A stretch of 22,128 nt of DNA from Bacteriovoracia bacterium (GCA_046570105.1 JBKHVI010000046.1:1-22128), one strand, 5' to 3'; counted from the stretch's first letter, positions 9,488 through 18,010 are shown. Program-made: numbers and translations. The notes: generated by a model from the sequence alone, not told the origin.

Positions 9488-9775
9488 ATGAAATTTGTCT
9501 TAATCGCATCACTTTTGCTTACGTTTTCGGCCTGGGGCAATAGCCTTGAGGTTGAGCTTTGCCGTGACCGTGCTTTGATTGAGTATGAGATAGATGGTCA
9601 GCGCTCTGATATCCCTTATCGCATGAGTGAAGGTGAAATCAGCGTTTATAATCAACAAACTGTTTTTACTTATGAAGTGTCGGGCTCATATCACTCAGGA
9701 TGGTTCACTGATCTTTTGATTGTGGAACCATACAACTGCAGTCTCATCACTAGCTACAATATTTACTCTGAATAA
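9488..9775 (+). CDS. Small secreted hypothetical protein
   Basis: GGAGG RBS at 9478-9482, signal peptide MKFVLIASLLLTFSAWG, two Cys. Followed by a terminator. Confidence 0.75.
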   Translation: MKFVLIASLLLTFSAWGNSLEVELCRDRALIEYEIDGQRSDIPYRMSEGEISVYNQQTVFTYEVSGSYHSGWFTDLLIVEPYNCSLITSYNIYSE

Positions 9776-9776
9776 C

Positions 9777-9809
9777 AAAAAAAAGGCCCTCCGAAGAGGG
9801 CCTTTTTTT
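9777..9809. terminator. Bidirectional rho-independent terminator
   Basis: A8-GGCCCTC-CGAA-GAGGGCC-T7 between two convergent genes. Confidence 0.92.
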
Positions 9810-10446
9810 ATTGTTGGTTTGCTTGTGCTTCTAGCTCTTCTTGTTTCTTTTTCTCTTCTAAATACTTGTCCACCGCTTCTTTTTGCAACTCAGATTCGCT
9901 GATGGCCTGTTCACTGGTTTTTGAACAATTAATATAAAGTGGCAATATGCTTCGTTTGCCCTTTGCGTCCAGTACTTTCATTTGAATCCAACCATCAAGT
10001 CGACCTTTAAAATCACCACTCATACGAAAGCGATAAGAGTCACCATCAGTTGAGATGCGAATATGAACGGTATCACCTACCGAGCTTATGCTATATTGAA
10101 CTTCGGTCTTAGAAGCGAATTCAACGAGATCGATTTCTTTTTCTTCTTTGAGAACGCTGGCACGGTTATCACCTGGCAACTGATAGACACTATGCTTGTC
10201 TTGATTTTTTGTGCCTGGAAAAAGGACAACTTTATTGAGTACCAACTTTCCATCAATCACTTGGCCTGGATTAAGTACCTCAGTGATATTCATTTTAGAT
10301 TCGCGAAGAACTTTCTCCGGACAAAAGCCTATGATCGGGCATTTTACGGTGTTTTCAGTGATTCTAAAATCACAGCTCGCACCAGAGTTGGCCCAAGCGC
10401 CGAATGACATTAAAGATAGTGTCGCCAAAGCGATAAGATGTTTCAT
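9808..10446 (-). CDS. Secreted hypothetical protein
   Basis: GGGGAGG RBS precedes the ATG at 10446. Signal peptide MKHLIALATLSLMSFGAWA. Charged helical C-terminus. Confidence 0.75.
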   Translation of the reverse strand: MKHLIALATLSLMSFGAWANSGASCDFRITENTVKCPIIGFCPEKVLRESKMNITEVLNPGQVIDGKLVLNKVVLFPGTKNQDKHSVYQLPGDNRASVLKEEKEIDLVEFASKTEVQYSISSVGDTVHIRISTDGDSYRFRMSGDFKGRLDGWIQMKVLDAKGKRSILPLYINCSKTSEQAISESELQKEAVDKYLEEKKKQEELEAQANQQ

Positions 10447-10478
10447 AGATCCTCCCCAAGTTGTTATGAGGCTCATAC

Positions 10479-10494
10479 TTCAAGTTTCATGCCG
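10479..10494 (-). promoter_or_regulatory. Possible sigma54-type (-24/-12) promoter
   Basis: Minus strand reads CGGCATGAAACTTGAA, i.e. GG-N10-GA against the consensus TGGCACG-N4-TTGCW. It lies about 33 nt upstream of the start at 10446. Confidence 0.4.
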
Positions 10495-10592
10495 TTTAAA
10501 AATGTCCTAACTTGTCGATTTTACGAATCATTCCTGCTCAAATTATGTATAATCCGATCATTTTTTGGACATTAACGACCGATAAGAAAGTG

Positions 10593-11729
10593 ATGAAATA
10601 CTGGCCCGTCATTTTCTATTTTTGCTTAAGTTGCGCCTGGGGGCAAAAACTCAAATTCACTCAAGGTGCCAAAAACGAACTCATCATTACGGGGCCTGAT
10701 TGCCAAACACTCGTGACCGCTCACCAAGGACTTTGTGCGTGGAAGCGCTTAGTAGAGCCAAGTTTCTCCTTAACCACAGAACGCGAACGTGTGCTGGAGA
10801 AAGACTGCAAAAAACTATCTTCTAAATCAGCTCGCATGACGGTCGTTACTTGTTTGCCTACCTTTGCTCGAGAACATCATGGAAAAAAACTTTACCATGA
10901 AGGCCCTAACTGTTGGGGTACAGCGATGGGTTTTAAGGCACTTTCTCCCAAGCCACGCTTCATGTGGTCTGAAGAGATGAATTACTGGATGGACTCACCT
11001 CTTTGCCGAAAACTGGCACCCCACGAAGCAATGCAACCAGGTGATGTGATTAACGTTTATGGTCCAGAATATATGGATGAAAAAGATCGACTCGAGCGCG
11101 ACGAAGGGACACGTTTTACCCAAGCGCTCTATCCTGGACGTTTTCGCGAAGCGACCGATCATCAAGGCAACTACACCGGCTATCATTGGCTTTTGCACTC
11201 GGAGACCTATATTTCTCCTGACATGACATTTGGAAAGCTCTCACCTAATAAGCTTGATCGTTTTTCATTTCATCCATTGGAAGAAGTCTATGGTCGCCCT
11301 CGCGAAAGCGAAAAAGAGTGCCAGGAGAACCAAAACCTTGAACCTTATTTAAGAGAGTCCAAAAATCCGCCCAAAAATATTCGCGGTTCTAAATGCGCTT
11401 ATTTTACCACGGCTCATCGCTGTGAGAATTTTAACGACTATTTTTCAAAATTAAATTTCACACCTGAGATGGAAGACATCTGGAAAAACGTGCAAGCTCT
11501 CCAAGGCCTGCAAGAAAAACTTTTCTCACTTGTGATATCTCCTGGGATAAAACTGGAAGACTGTGAAGTGACTCTTTTGTTGAGTCTAGCGGATATCACC
11601 CTTAAACGCGCTGAAGAGCAATTGGCCCGTGGCCCTAAGAACAAGGAGCATGAAATGCTTCTCTCGATGGAGTACTTTGCCGCTGCAGGAATCCGCCAAA
11701 GTCTTAAGTTTGCGAATCTCATCCCTTAA
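10593..11729 (+). CDS. Secreted protein with putative papain-like/NlpC-P60-type Cys-His catalytic domain
   Basis: Signal-like MKYWPVIFYFCLSCAWG at 10593 (ORF track begins at 10512). Motifs GPNCWGTA, MQPGDVINVY, LLHSETYI. Confidence 0.6.
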   Translation: MKYWPVIFYFCLSCAWGQKLKFTQGAKNELIITGPDCQTLVTAHQGLCAWKRLVEPSFSLTTERERVLEKDCKKLSSKSARMTVVTCLPTFAREHHGKKLYHEGPNCWGTAMGFKALSPKPRFMWSEEMNYWMDSPLCRKLAPHEAMQPGDVINVYGPEYMDEKDRLERDEGTRFTQALYPGRFREATDHQGNYTGYHWLLHSETYISPDMTFGKLSPNKLDRFSFHPLEEVYGRPRESEKECQENQNLEPYLRESKNPPKNIRGSKCAYFTTAHRCENFNDYFSKLNFTPEMEDIWKNVQALQGLQEKLFSLVISPGIKLEDCEVTLLLSLADITLKRAEEQLARGPKNKEHEMLLSMEYFAAAGIRQSLKFANLIP

Positions 11730-11830
11730 TCCCGCGTAGAGTCATTCACAAGAGTAGCTATTTGTAAGAAATCCCTCGTTGCCGCACTCCCTACTGTTAG
11801 AAACAATGTTTCTTTTCAATTGGGGGATTC

Positions 11831-12643
11831 ATGCTTCATCTTTTTAGCGCAGCACTTTTAATTTTCTCAGGCCAAGTCTGGGCACTTTCAAATGCGACAG
11901 CTGAACTCTCTGATAAACTCGACTCTGTCGTCGCCATTCGCCATTATGCTCCTGATCACACCGGTGAAGATGCTCCCGCCTTTTGTGTCGGCACGCTTAT
12001 TTCTCGCAATATCCTGGTGACGGCCGCTCACTGTCTCAAAGATCTCTACTTCCACAGCAACATGAATTTACAAATCGATATCGGTAACTATCGTTACGTG
12101 ACTCGTCCAAGCGGTGAGCGCGTTCGCGTGGGTTACGCTACGAGTGCCTCTCATCAACGCCTCGTCACGATCAAGTTTTTACCTGAACTGATGCGCAAAC
12201 TCGCTTCACAAGGCAAGAAGGCCAAAATCGGCCCCAACGAAGATGTTGCTGTCGCTTATTTGAGCCAAGAATTGCCACTACCGGAAAATTTCATTTTTAC
12301 TCAACCACTTATTGGCAGCGCCCTGACTAACTTTTTGAAAAACCCAGTCGCCGTAAGTCCGAAAGTCACAACGATTAATTTCATCGAAGAATCCAGCACT
12401 GATTTCAAGCGCAGTGCGATTTTAAATGATGCCAAGATCTCAGGCCAACATATCATTTCTAAATCAACTGCTCGCGTAGCACCAGGGGACTCTGGCTCAC
12501 CAGTCACCGTTCTCGTGCAAGGCCAACCACGCCTCGTAGCAGTCGTAAAAGGCAACGCTAAAACAGTTTTTAGTAACTGGGACGTCTATGGCCTAGTACA
12601 TAAGCTTGTTTGTGATGAAGAACGTATCCCTGGTTGTATCTAA
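11831..12643 (+). CDS. Secreted trypsin-like (S1) serine protease
   Basis: Signal peptide, FCVGTLI, LVTAAHC (His), NEDVAV (Asp), GDSGSP (Ser). GGGGGA RBS. Confidence 0.9.
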   Translation: MLHLFSAALLIFSGQVWALSNATAELSDKLDSVVAIRHYAPDHTGEDAPAFCVGTLISRNILVTAAHCLKDLYFHSNMNLQIDIGNYRYVTRPSGERVRVGYATSASHQRLVTIKFLPELMRKLASQGKKAKIGPNEDVAVAYLSQELPLPENFIFTQPLIGSALTNFLKNPVAVSPKVTTINFIEESSTDFKRSAILNDAKISGQHIISKSTARVAPGDSGSPVTVLVQGQPRLVAVVKGNAKTVFSNWDVYGLVHKLVCDEERIPGCI

Positions 12644-12649
12644 TTTGTT

Positions 12650-12985
12650 ATGAATTTCTGGCTTAAAGTACTTATCACGACAGCGATTATCAGCGGGGCC
12701 AATGGATTGATGAGAATCTCTCCAAAAGCCTCTGCCATCATGATCGCCCTTCCAACCTCATCCCTGATCTACCTTTTATGGCTTTGGAGTGATACAAAAA
12801 ATCCCCAGGCCATTGCCACCGCCAGCATGGATATCTTTAAAATCGTGATTCCTTCACTGATCTTTTTTCCCGTGCTCTCGCTCTCACTCACACGCGGGGG
12901 ACTCTCTTTTCCTATCAGTATGCTGATTGCTTCTATGAGTGCGATTCTATGGTATGCTGGACAAAGATTATTAGGTTGGGGGTGA
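12650..12985 (+). CDS. Small 4-TM membrane protein, DUF3147/GlpM-like
   Basis: Pattern KVLITTAII...PKASAIMIALPTSSL..LLWLW, 111 aa, hydrophobic. Confidence 0.6.
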   Translation: MNFWLKVLITTAIISGANGLMRISPKASAIMIALPTSSLIYLLWLWSDTKNPQAIATASMDIFKIVIPSLIFFPVLSLSLTRGGLSFPISMLIASMSAILWYAGQRLLGWG

Positions 12986-12986
12986 T

Positions 12987-13358
12987 ATGAAAAAGAAAAA
13001 AACCATTGCACTGATTGCTCACGATGGAAAAAAAGCTGAGCTGGTGGCGTTTGTGAAAGACCACAGTAAATACTTTTCAAACTATACCTTGATTGCAACT
13101 TCCACTACCGGCAAACATTTGCAAAAGATGGGCCTTAAAGTGAAGCGTGTGCTCTCAGGTCCTTTAGGTGGTGATGCCCAAATCGCTGCGATGGTCGCCA
13201 CTGGAGAATGTCATGGTGTTATTTTCATGCGCGACCCCTTGGGCATGCATCCGCATGAACCAGATATTTACTCACTGCTGAGAATTTGTGATGTCCACGA
13301 TGTCCCACTTGCCACCAACCCCGCTTCCGCGAAGTTGATGGTCGAGGGGTTTAAATAA
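12987..13358 (+). CDS. mgsA: Methylglyoxal synthase
   Basis: Motifs IALIAHDGKK, ATSTTG, SGPLGGDAQI, RDPLGMHPHEPD, LRICDVHDVPLATN. Confidence 0.96.
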   Translation: MKKKKTIALIAHDGKKAELVAFVKDHSKYFSNYTLIATSTTGKHLQKMGLKVKRVLSGPLGGDAQIAAMVATGECHGVIFMRDPLGMHPHEPDIYSLLRICDVHDVPLATNPASAKLMVEGFK

Positions 13359-15260
13359 TCACCAAACCGCATTCACTCCGGCCACGATATTGCGTCCTGG
13401 TAGAGGTGCGATGTCTTTGACGAATGAGACGTGGTTGCGTGCTTTTTCATCAAAGATGTTTTTTACCCGCACAAAAACACTGAGTTTTGAGTCACTCCAG
13501 TTAATCGTTTTGAGCACACCGAAATCAAGCATGTCATAACCGCGCGTGCGGGTTTCATTGGCGGCGGTGTCGTGCTGTTCAAAAACATGCTGGAGTTCAG
13601 TGTCTAAGAGCCATTGGCCCTTATGCCACTCAACCCCAGCCGATAAGCGCGCAGGAGAAAGGCGCGGCAGATTCTGTCCATTATCAAGATTTTTAGCACG
13701 TACCCAATCAGCTTTACCCAAAACAATCCACTCGCTCGGCACAAGCTCAAAACGAGACTCAGCATCCATGCCGTAAAAACGCGCATCAACTGGTTCGTAG
13801 TTAAACACTCCAAAACCTGAATCCACATCTGTCGCACCGGTGGGAGTAAGGGCAATGTAGTGATCGAAGTCTTGCACAAAAGCGGAAACGCGACTCTTCA
13901 CGCGGTTGGTTTCATGACGAAGAGTCGCTTCAAGAGACTTACCTTTCTCTTTACCTAAACCCTCATCCCCTTCCTCGAATGTACCGGTCGCAAGATGCGC
14001 TCCGTTTGAATAGAGTTCCTGAAAAGTTGGCGCGCGCTCAGTGTAGCTGGCCGTCAAACCACCACTCACGCTGCCCCACTTATGCAGCCAACCGATAGCA
14101 GAGGAGAGTCCGGTGAAGCCATGTTCGGTGCGCTCACCAAAATTGTCTGATGGGCGACGTTCACTCAAAGAGTCTTCAACGCGGAAGCCGAAATTAAACG
14201 TATCAGCACTCATGCGCTTTTCATGGAAACTAAAAAGTGCAGCGACTCGATTATCAGCTTTTGGTAAATAGGCTTCTTCGCCTTTCGCTGAGAAAGCGAA
14301 GAGTTGTGTCTGCAGGCCAGCGACATGATGCCACTCGCCACGTGAGCGCAAAAATTCTAGACGTGATTCATTGCCACTGTTTTTGAAAACTGTGCCGGTG
14401 GCACCCTCTTCAATTTCATCATGCTGATAAGTCGATTGAGCAGAACGTAGACGAATTTTATCAACGAGGCTTCCTTCAGGACGCCACTCTCCACCCAATT
14501 CATAACGATTTTGACGAAGATGAATTTGCACAACTTCTTCAGCAACGGAGCCATACTGCGTCCCAAAGTGAGAGACAGAGAAACCCACGTGTCCTCGATC
14601 AAACACGCGACTCACACCTGCCGCCACACCTTCTTGCTTAACTTGAGAATTATTGAGCCGCTTATTACCAGAGATGCGTTGATCACCAAAATCTCTAAAC
14701 GAGCCATCAAGGTGAGTCATCCATTGATTTTTTCCCCAATCAAGCCTGGCGGAAGTGGCATGTCCGCCATAGGCACTCTCAGATTGAGTATCAATTTGCG
14801 AAATGGCGCCGGCCTCAAAATCTTTATGAATTCGCTGGTTGTTAATATTGATGACACCGCCGACAGCACTGGCACCGTACAAAAGTGACATGGGTCCACG
14901 GACAATATCCACTTGATCAGTATTAAGCGTATCAACCGGCACAGCGTGATCCACACTTTGCGCCGAAGCATCCATGGTACCTAAACCATTTTGTAAAACA
15001 CGAATGCGATCCCCATCAAGACCACGAATCACCGGACGGCCCGAGCCAGGTCCAAACGAACCACTATTCACTCCCGCTTCTTTGGAGAGCGAATCGCCCA
15101 GATTGGTGGAGCGCTTCTTCTGCCACTCATCGCCTCTGAGCGATGTCGTGGAAGGCAGAAAATCATAAAGCGAACTTTGTTTTTCGAGTACGTGAATTTC
15201 GCCTAGATGAACTTCATCAGCGTGAGCATTAAAGAGAAGCGAGAGAGCAATAAACAACAT
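13359..15260 (-). CDS. TonB-dependent outer-membrane receptor, ZnuD-like (metal uptake)
   Basis: Signal peptide starts at the ATG at 15260. Plug motifs GSFGPGSGRPVIRGLDGDRIRVLQNG, DHAV, VRGPMSLLYGASAVGGVIN. Also ELYSNGAHLATGTFE, RNHVSFVKDIAPLPGRN and a C-terminal W. Confidence 0.9.
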   Translation of the reverse strand: MLFIALSLLFNAHADEVHLGEIHVLEKQSSLYDFLPSTTSLRGDEWQKKRSTNLGDSLSKEAGVNSGSFGPGSGRPVIRGLDGDRIRVLQNGLGTMDASAQSVDHAVPVDTLNTDQVDIVRGPMSLLYGASAVGGVININNQRIHKDFEAGAISQIDTQSESAYGGHATSARLDWGKNQWMTHLDGSFRDFGDQRISGNKRLNNSQVKQEGVAAGVSRVFDRGHVGFSVSHFGTQYGSVAEEVVQIHLRQNRYELGGEWRPEGSLVDKIRLRSAQSTYQHDEIEEGATGTVFKNSGNESRLEFLRSRGEWHHVAGLQTQLFAFSAKGEEAYLPKADNRVAALFSFHEKRMSADTFNFGFRVEDSLSERRPSDNFGERTEHGFTGLSSAIGWLHKWGSVSGGLTASYTERAPTFQELYSNGAHLATGTFEEGDEGLGKEKGKSLEATLRHETNRVKSRVSAFVQDFDHYIALTPTGATDVDSGFGVFNYEPVDARFYGMDAESRFELVPSEWIVLGKADWVRAKNLDNGQNLPRLSPARLSAGVEWHKGQWLLDTELQHVFEQHDTAANETRTRGYDMLDFGVLKTINWSDSKLSVFVRVKNIFDEKARNHVSFVKDIAPLPGRNIVAGVNAVW

Positions 15261-15291
15261 GGTAGACTCCTGTGAATAGCAGGAGTCTACC
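15261..15291. promoter_or_regulatory. Perfect 12-bp hairpin containing the receptor RBS
   Basis: GGTAGACTCCTG-N7-CAGGAGTCTACC. On the minus-strand mRNA the 3' arm (CAGGAGTCTACC) holds the SD and abuts the ATG. Confidence 0.7.
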
Positions 15292-15293
15292 TC

Positions 15294-15316
15294 TTGTTGC
15301 AAATAGTTTGCAACAA
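15294..15316. promoter_or_regulatory. Perfect palindromic operator, candidate Fur-family (Zur-like) box
   Basis: TTGTTGCAAA-TAG-TTTGCAACAA (10-3-10) upstream of a ZnuD-like receptor. Confidence 0.6.
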
Positions 15317-15319
15317 ATT

Positions 15320-15727
15320 TCAGTGCTCGTGGGCCTCATGTCCTTCACCCAATTCTTCTAAAATCGGACAACTGGGGCGATCATCCCCTTGGCAGCAATG
15401 CGCCAAATGCTTAAGTGCGTTGGAAATAGACTGCAGTTCAAGGATTTTTTGTTCGAGGTTTTTAACATGGGTCTGGGCAATCTTTTTCACCTCAGACGAG
15501 CTGCGCTTTTTATTTCGCCATAAACCCAAAAGTTTTTTGATCTCATCCATAGAGAAACCAAAATCCCTCGAGCGCTTTATAAAACGCAGCATATGAATTT
15601 CTTTTTCGCCGTAAAAGCGATACCCACCATCAGAGCGTGGTGCTTTTGGAATGAGGCCTAGTCCCTCATAGTGACGAATCATCTTTGCCGAGACACCGGA
15701 CATTTTGGAAGCTTCACCGATATTCAT
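15320..15727 (-). CDS. cueR: Cu(I)-responsive MerR-family regulator CueR
   Basis: N-terminus MNIGEASKMSGVSAKMIRHYE, then GYRFY and RFIKRSRDFGFS. Metal loop CCQGDDRPSCPIL. ATGA overlap with copA. Confidence 0.95.
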   Translation of the reverse strand: MNIGEASKMSGVSAKMIRHYEGLGLIPKAPRSDGGYRFYGEKEIHMLRFIKRSRDFGFSMDEIKKLLGLWRNKKRSSSEVKKIAQTHVKNLEQKILELQSISNALKHLAHCCQGDDRPSCPILEELGEGHEAHEH

Positions 15728-17877
15728 TTCTCCCCCTTCCAGCGTTTAAGCAAGAGTGCATTGCTCACAACGCTGACACTACTTAAGGCCATCGCTGCTC
15801 CGGCGATCACTGGTGATAAGTAGCCCAGGGCCGCGAGTGGAACGCCGATTAAATTATAAATAAAGGCCCAGAATAGATTTTCCTGAATTTTACGATAAGT
15901 TCTTCTTGAAATTCCGATGGCATCTACAACGAGACTTGGATTTGAGCGCATTAAAGTTATGCCAGCCGCTTCCATCGCCACATCGGTGCCACTACCCATA
16001 GCAATACCCACATCACTCACAGCAAGGGCCGGAGCATCGTTAAGACCATCACCCACCATCGCAACCGTTTGACCGCCTTTTTTAAGTTTAGCGATCTCTT
16101 CGGCTTTGTGTTCAGGTAAAACCTCGGCCCGCAATTCATCAATACCAATTTCACGAGCAATCACGCGGGCCGCTTCATAATTATCACCGGTCAGCATGAC
16201 ACTTTTTACACCCAGTTTTTTCAAACGCTCAATCGCCACCATCGCTTCGGGACGGGCGAGGTCACGGAAACTCATCAACCCGATCACTTTCTTCGCACGC
16301 ACATCTCCTAAAAATGAAACAGTCTCACCTGCTTTCTGACGCTCTAAAGCTTTGTTGGCATAATCTCCCAAATCCAATCCCTGCATCAAGAGTTTTGAAC
16401 CGAGTATATACTCACTACCAGTGACTTCACCTTTAAGCCCCTTACCCACAACAGCACTAATGGACTGAGCACTTAAATGCGTGACTGCTTGTTGAACGGC
16501 ATAAGCTTTCGCGGCATGGGCGAGCGGATGTTCGCTACCACTTTGAAGAGCGGCGATTATCGCCAGGGACTGCTCTTCACCTTGATAGAAACTCACTGAC
16601 GGTTTTCCTTCAGTAAGAGTTCCTGTTTTATCAAACACCACAGTCGATACTCGATGAGCGATCTCGAGAGTTTCAGCATTCTTAATTAAGATTCCTAAGC
16701 GGGCGGCGGCACCAGTTCCCACCATCAGTGCTGTCGGTGTCGCTAATCCCAGCGCACAGGGACATGCGATCACTAGAACGGCCACACCATGAATGATCGC
16801 CGATTGCCAGTCGCCACTATGAAAATACCAAGCCAGGATAGTGATAAGAGCTAAACCAATCACCACCGGAACAAAGACACTGCTGACTTTATCGACTAAT
16901 TGTTGAATCGGAGCTTTTTGTCCTTGAGCATTTTCCACCAAGCGAATAATGCGCGCCAGAGTACTTTCATGGGCGAGATGAGTGACTTTCATCAAAATCC
17001 GGCCTTCGCCATTAATGGCGCCGCCAATGACTTTATCGCCCACCCCTTTCGTCACCGGTAAACTCTCACCCGTGACGAGCGATTCATCGGCATGGGTTTC
17101 ACCTTCTTCAATCAGTCCGTCCAATGGAAACTTTTCTCCTGGCAAAACGACGACCAAGGCATCCAGCTTGACCGCTTGAATGGGAACTTCAGTCAGGACT
17201 CCATCCATCATCACTCTAGCAGTGGTCGGTTTTAATTTTTCTAGAGCACGAATGGCTTCGCTGGTTTGATTCTTGGCTCGGGCCTCAAGGTATTTCCCTA
17301 ACAGCACCAGCGTAATAATGACTGCCGAACTTTCAAAATAAAGACCAGCGTGATGAGCATGCTCTGGGTTGAGCCACCATAAATAGACACTTAAAAAATA
17401 GGCGGCACTGGTTCCAAGCGCCACCAAGAGATCCATATTTCCGCTCAAATTAACAAGCGCTTTAAAACCTTGCTGATAAAAGCGCCATCCGATGATAAAT
17501 TGCACAGGTGTCGCCAAGATCAGTTGAATCAAACCTTTCGGCATGGCATGAATCCCAAAAGGCATCAGCACCATCGGCAGAACGAGCGGAGCCGTGAGCA
17601 GTAAACTTAAAATAAGCCATTTCTTTTGTTGAGAAAGATCGTGTTTTTTGACCGCTGGCTCACCCTGTTTTTTGGGAGTTGCTTTATAGCCGGCCTTATC
17701 TACCGCCTGAATCACCATTTGATCGGCCACTTTGTCAGCAAATGTGACGGTGGCAGTTTCAGTCGCCAAATTTACTTGCGCCTTGGTAATTCCAGGTGTC
17801 TTTTTAAGTGATTTTTCGACACGAAAGACACATGAAGCACAGGTCATGCCTTCGATGTTATATTGGACTTCTGTCAT
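15724..17877 (-). CDS. copA: Copper-translocating P1B-type ATPase
   Basis: Motifs GMTCASC (HMA), TGES, IACPCALGLATP, DKTGT, SEHPL, GDGLNDAPAL, YN, MALSS. AAGGAG RBS precedes the ATG at 17877. Confidence 0.96.
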   Translation of the reverse strand: MTEVQYNIEGMTCASCVFRVEKSLKKTPGITKAQVNLATETATVTFADKVADQMVIQAVDKAGYKATPKKQGEPAVKKHDLSQQKKWLILSLLLTAPLVLPMVLMPFGIHAMPKGLIQLILATPVQFIIGWRFYQQGFKALVNLSGNMDLLVALGTSAAYFLSVYLWWLNPEHAHHAGLYFESSAVIITLVLLGKYLEARAKNQTSEAIRALEKLKPTTARVMMDGVLTEVPIQAVKLDALVVVLPGEKFPLDGLIEEGETHADESLVTGESLPVTKGVGDKVIGGAINGEGRILMKVTHLAHESTLARIIRLVENAQGQKAPIQQLVDKVSSVFVPVVIGLALITILAWYFHSGDWQSAIIHGVAVLVIACPCALGLATPTALMVGTGAAARLGILIKNAETLEIAHRVSTVVFDKTGTLTEGKPSVSFYQGEEQSLAIIAALQSGSEHPLAHAAKAYAVQQAVTHLSAQSISAVVGKGLKGEVTGSEYILGSKLLMQGLDLGDYANKALERQKAGETVSFLGDVRAKKVIGLMSFRDLARPEAMVAIERLKKLGVKSVMLTGDNYEAARVIAREIGIDELRAEVLPEHKAEEIAKLKKGGQTVAMVGDGLNDAPALAVSDVGIAMGSGTDVAMEAAGITLMRSNPSLVVDAIGISRRTYRKIQENLFWAFIYNLIGVPLAALGYLSPVIAGAAMALSSVSVVSNALLLKRWKGEK

Positions 17878-17908
17878 ATAAGCTCCTTTGCTGCTTCTCT
17901 TGTATGAC

Positions 17909-17939
17909 AGTATCGACCTTGACATCATGGGAAGCTCAA
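17909..17939 (-). promoter_or_regulatory. CueR-type promoter of copA-cueR (19-bp spacer with CueR box)
   Basis: Minus strand TTGAGC-19 nt-GATACT. Dyad AGCTTCC-CATGATG-TCAAGGT at 17916-17936 against the consensus ACCTTCC-N7-GGAAGGT. Confidence 0.8.
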
Positions 17940-18010
17940 GTCAATACCTATGGCCAGAGTGTTGATATTACAGGATTTTCTATTTTTTCAAAATTATCAC
18001 CTTGGCCCCT

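Noticed and set aside
9307..9540. 77-aa minus-strand ORF across the purine-rich intergenic tract
   Set aside because: It overlaps two supported plus-strand genes and has no recognisable features.
11799..11813. Short dyad AGAAACA-A-TGTTTCT upstream of the trypsin-like gene
   Set aside because: The 7-bp AT-rich arms could arise by chance and there is no second copy in the window.
15261..15302. ORF-track N-terminal extension of the TonB receptor (MQQEVDSC...)
   Set aside because: It runs through the two palindromes. The signal peptide and SD fit the ATG at 15260.
17878..17928. ORF-track N-terminal extension of copA
   Set aside because: It overlaps the CueR box and promoter. The AAGGAG RBS supports the ATG at 17877.
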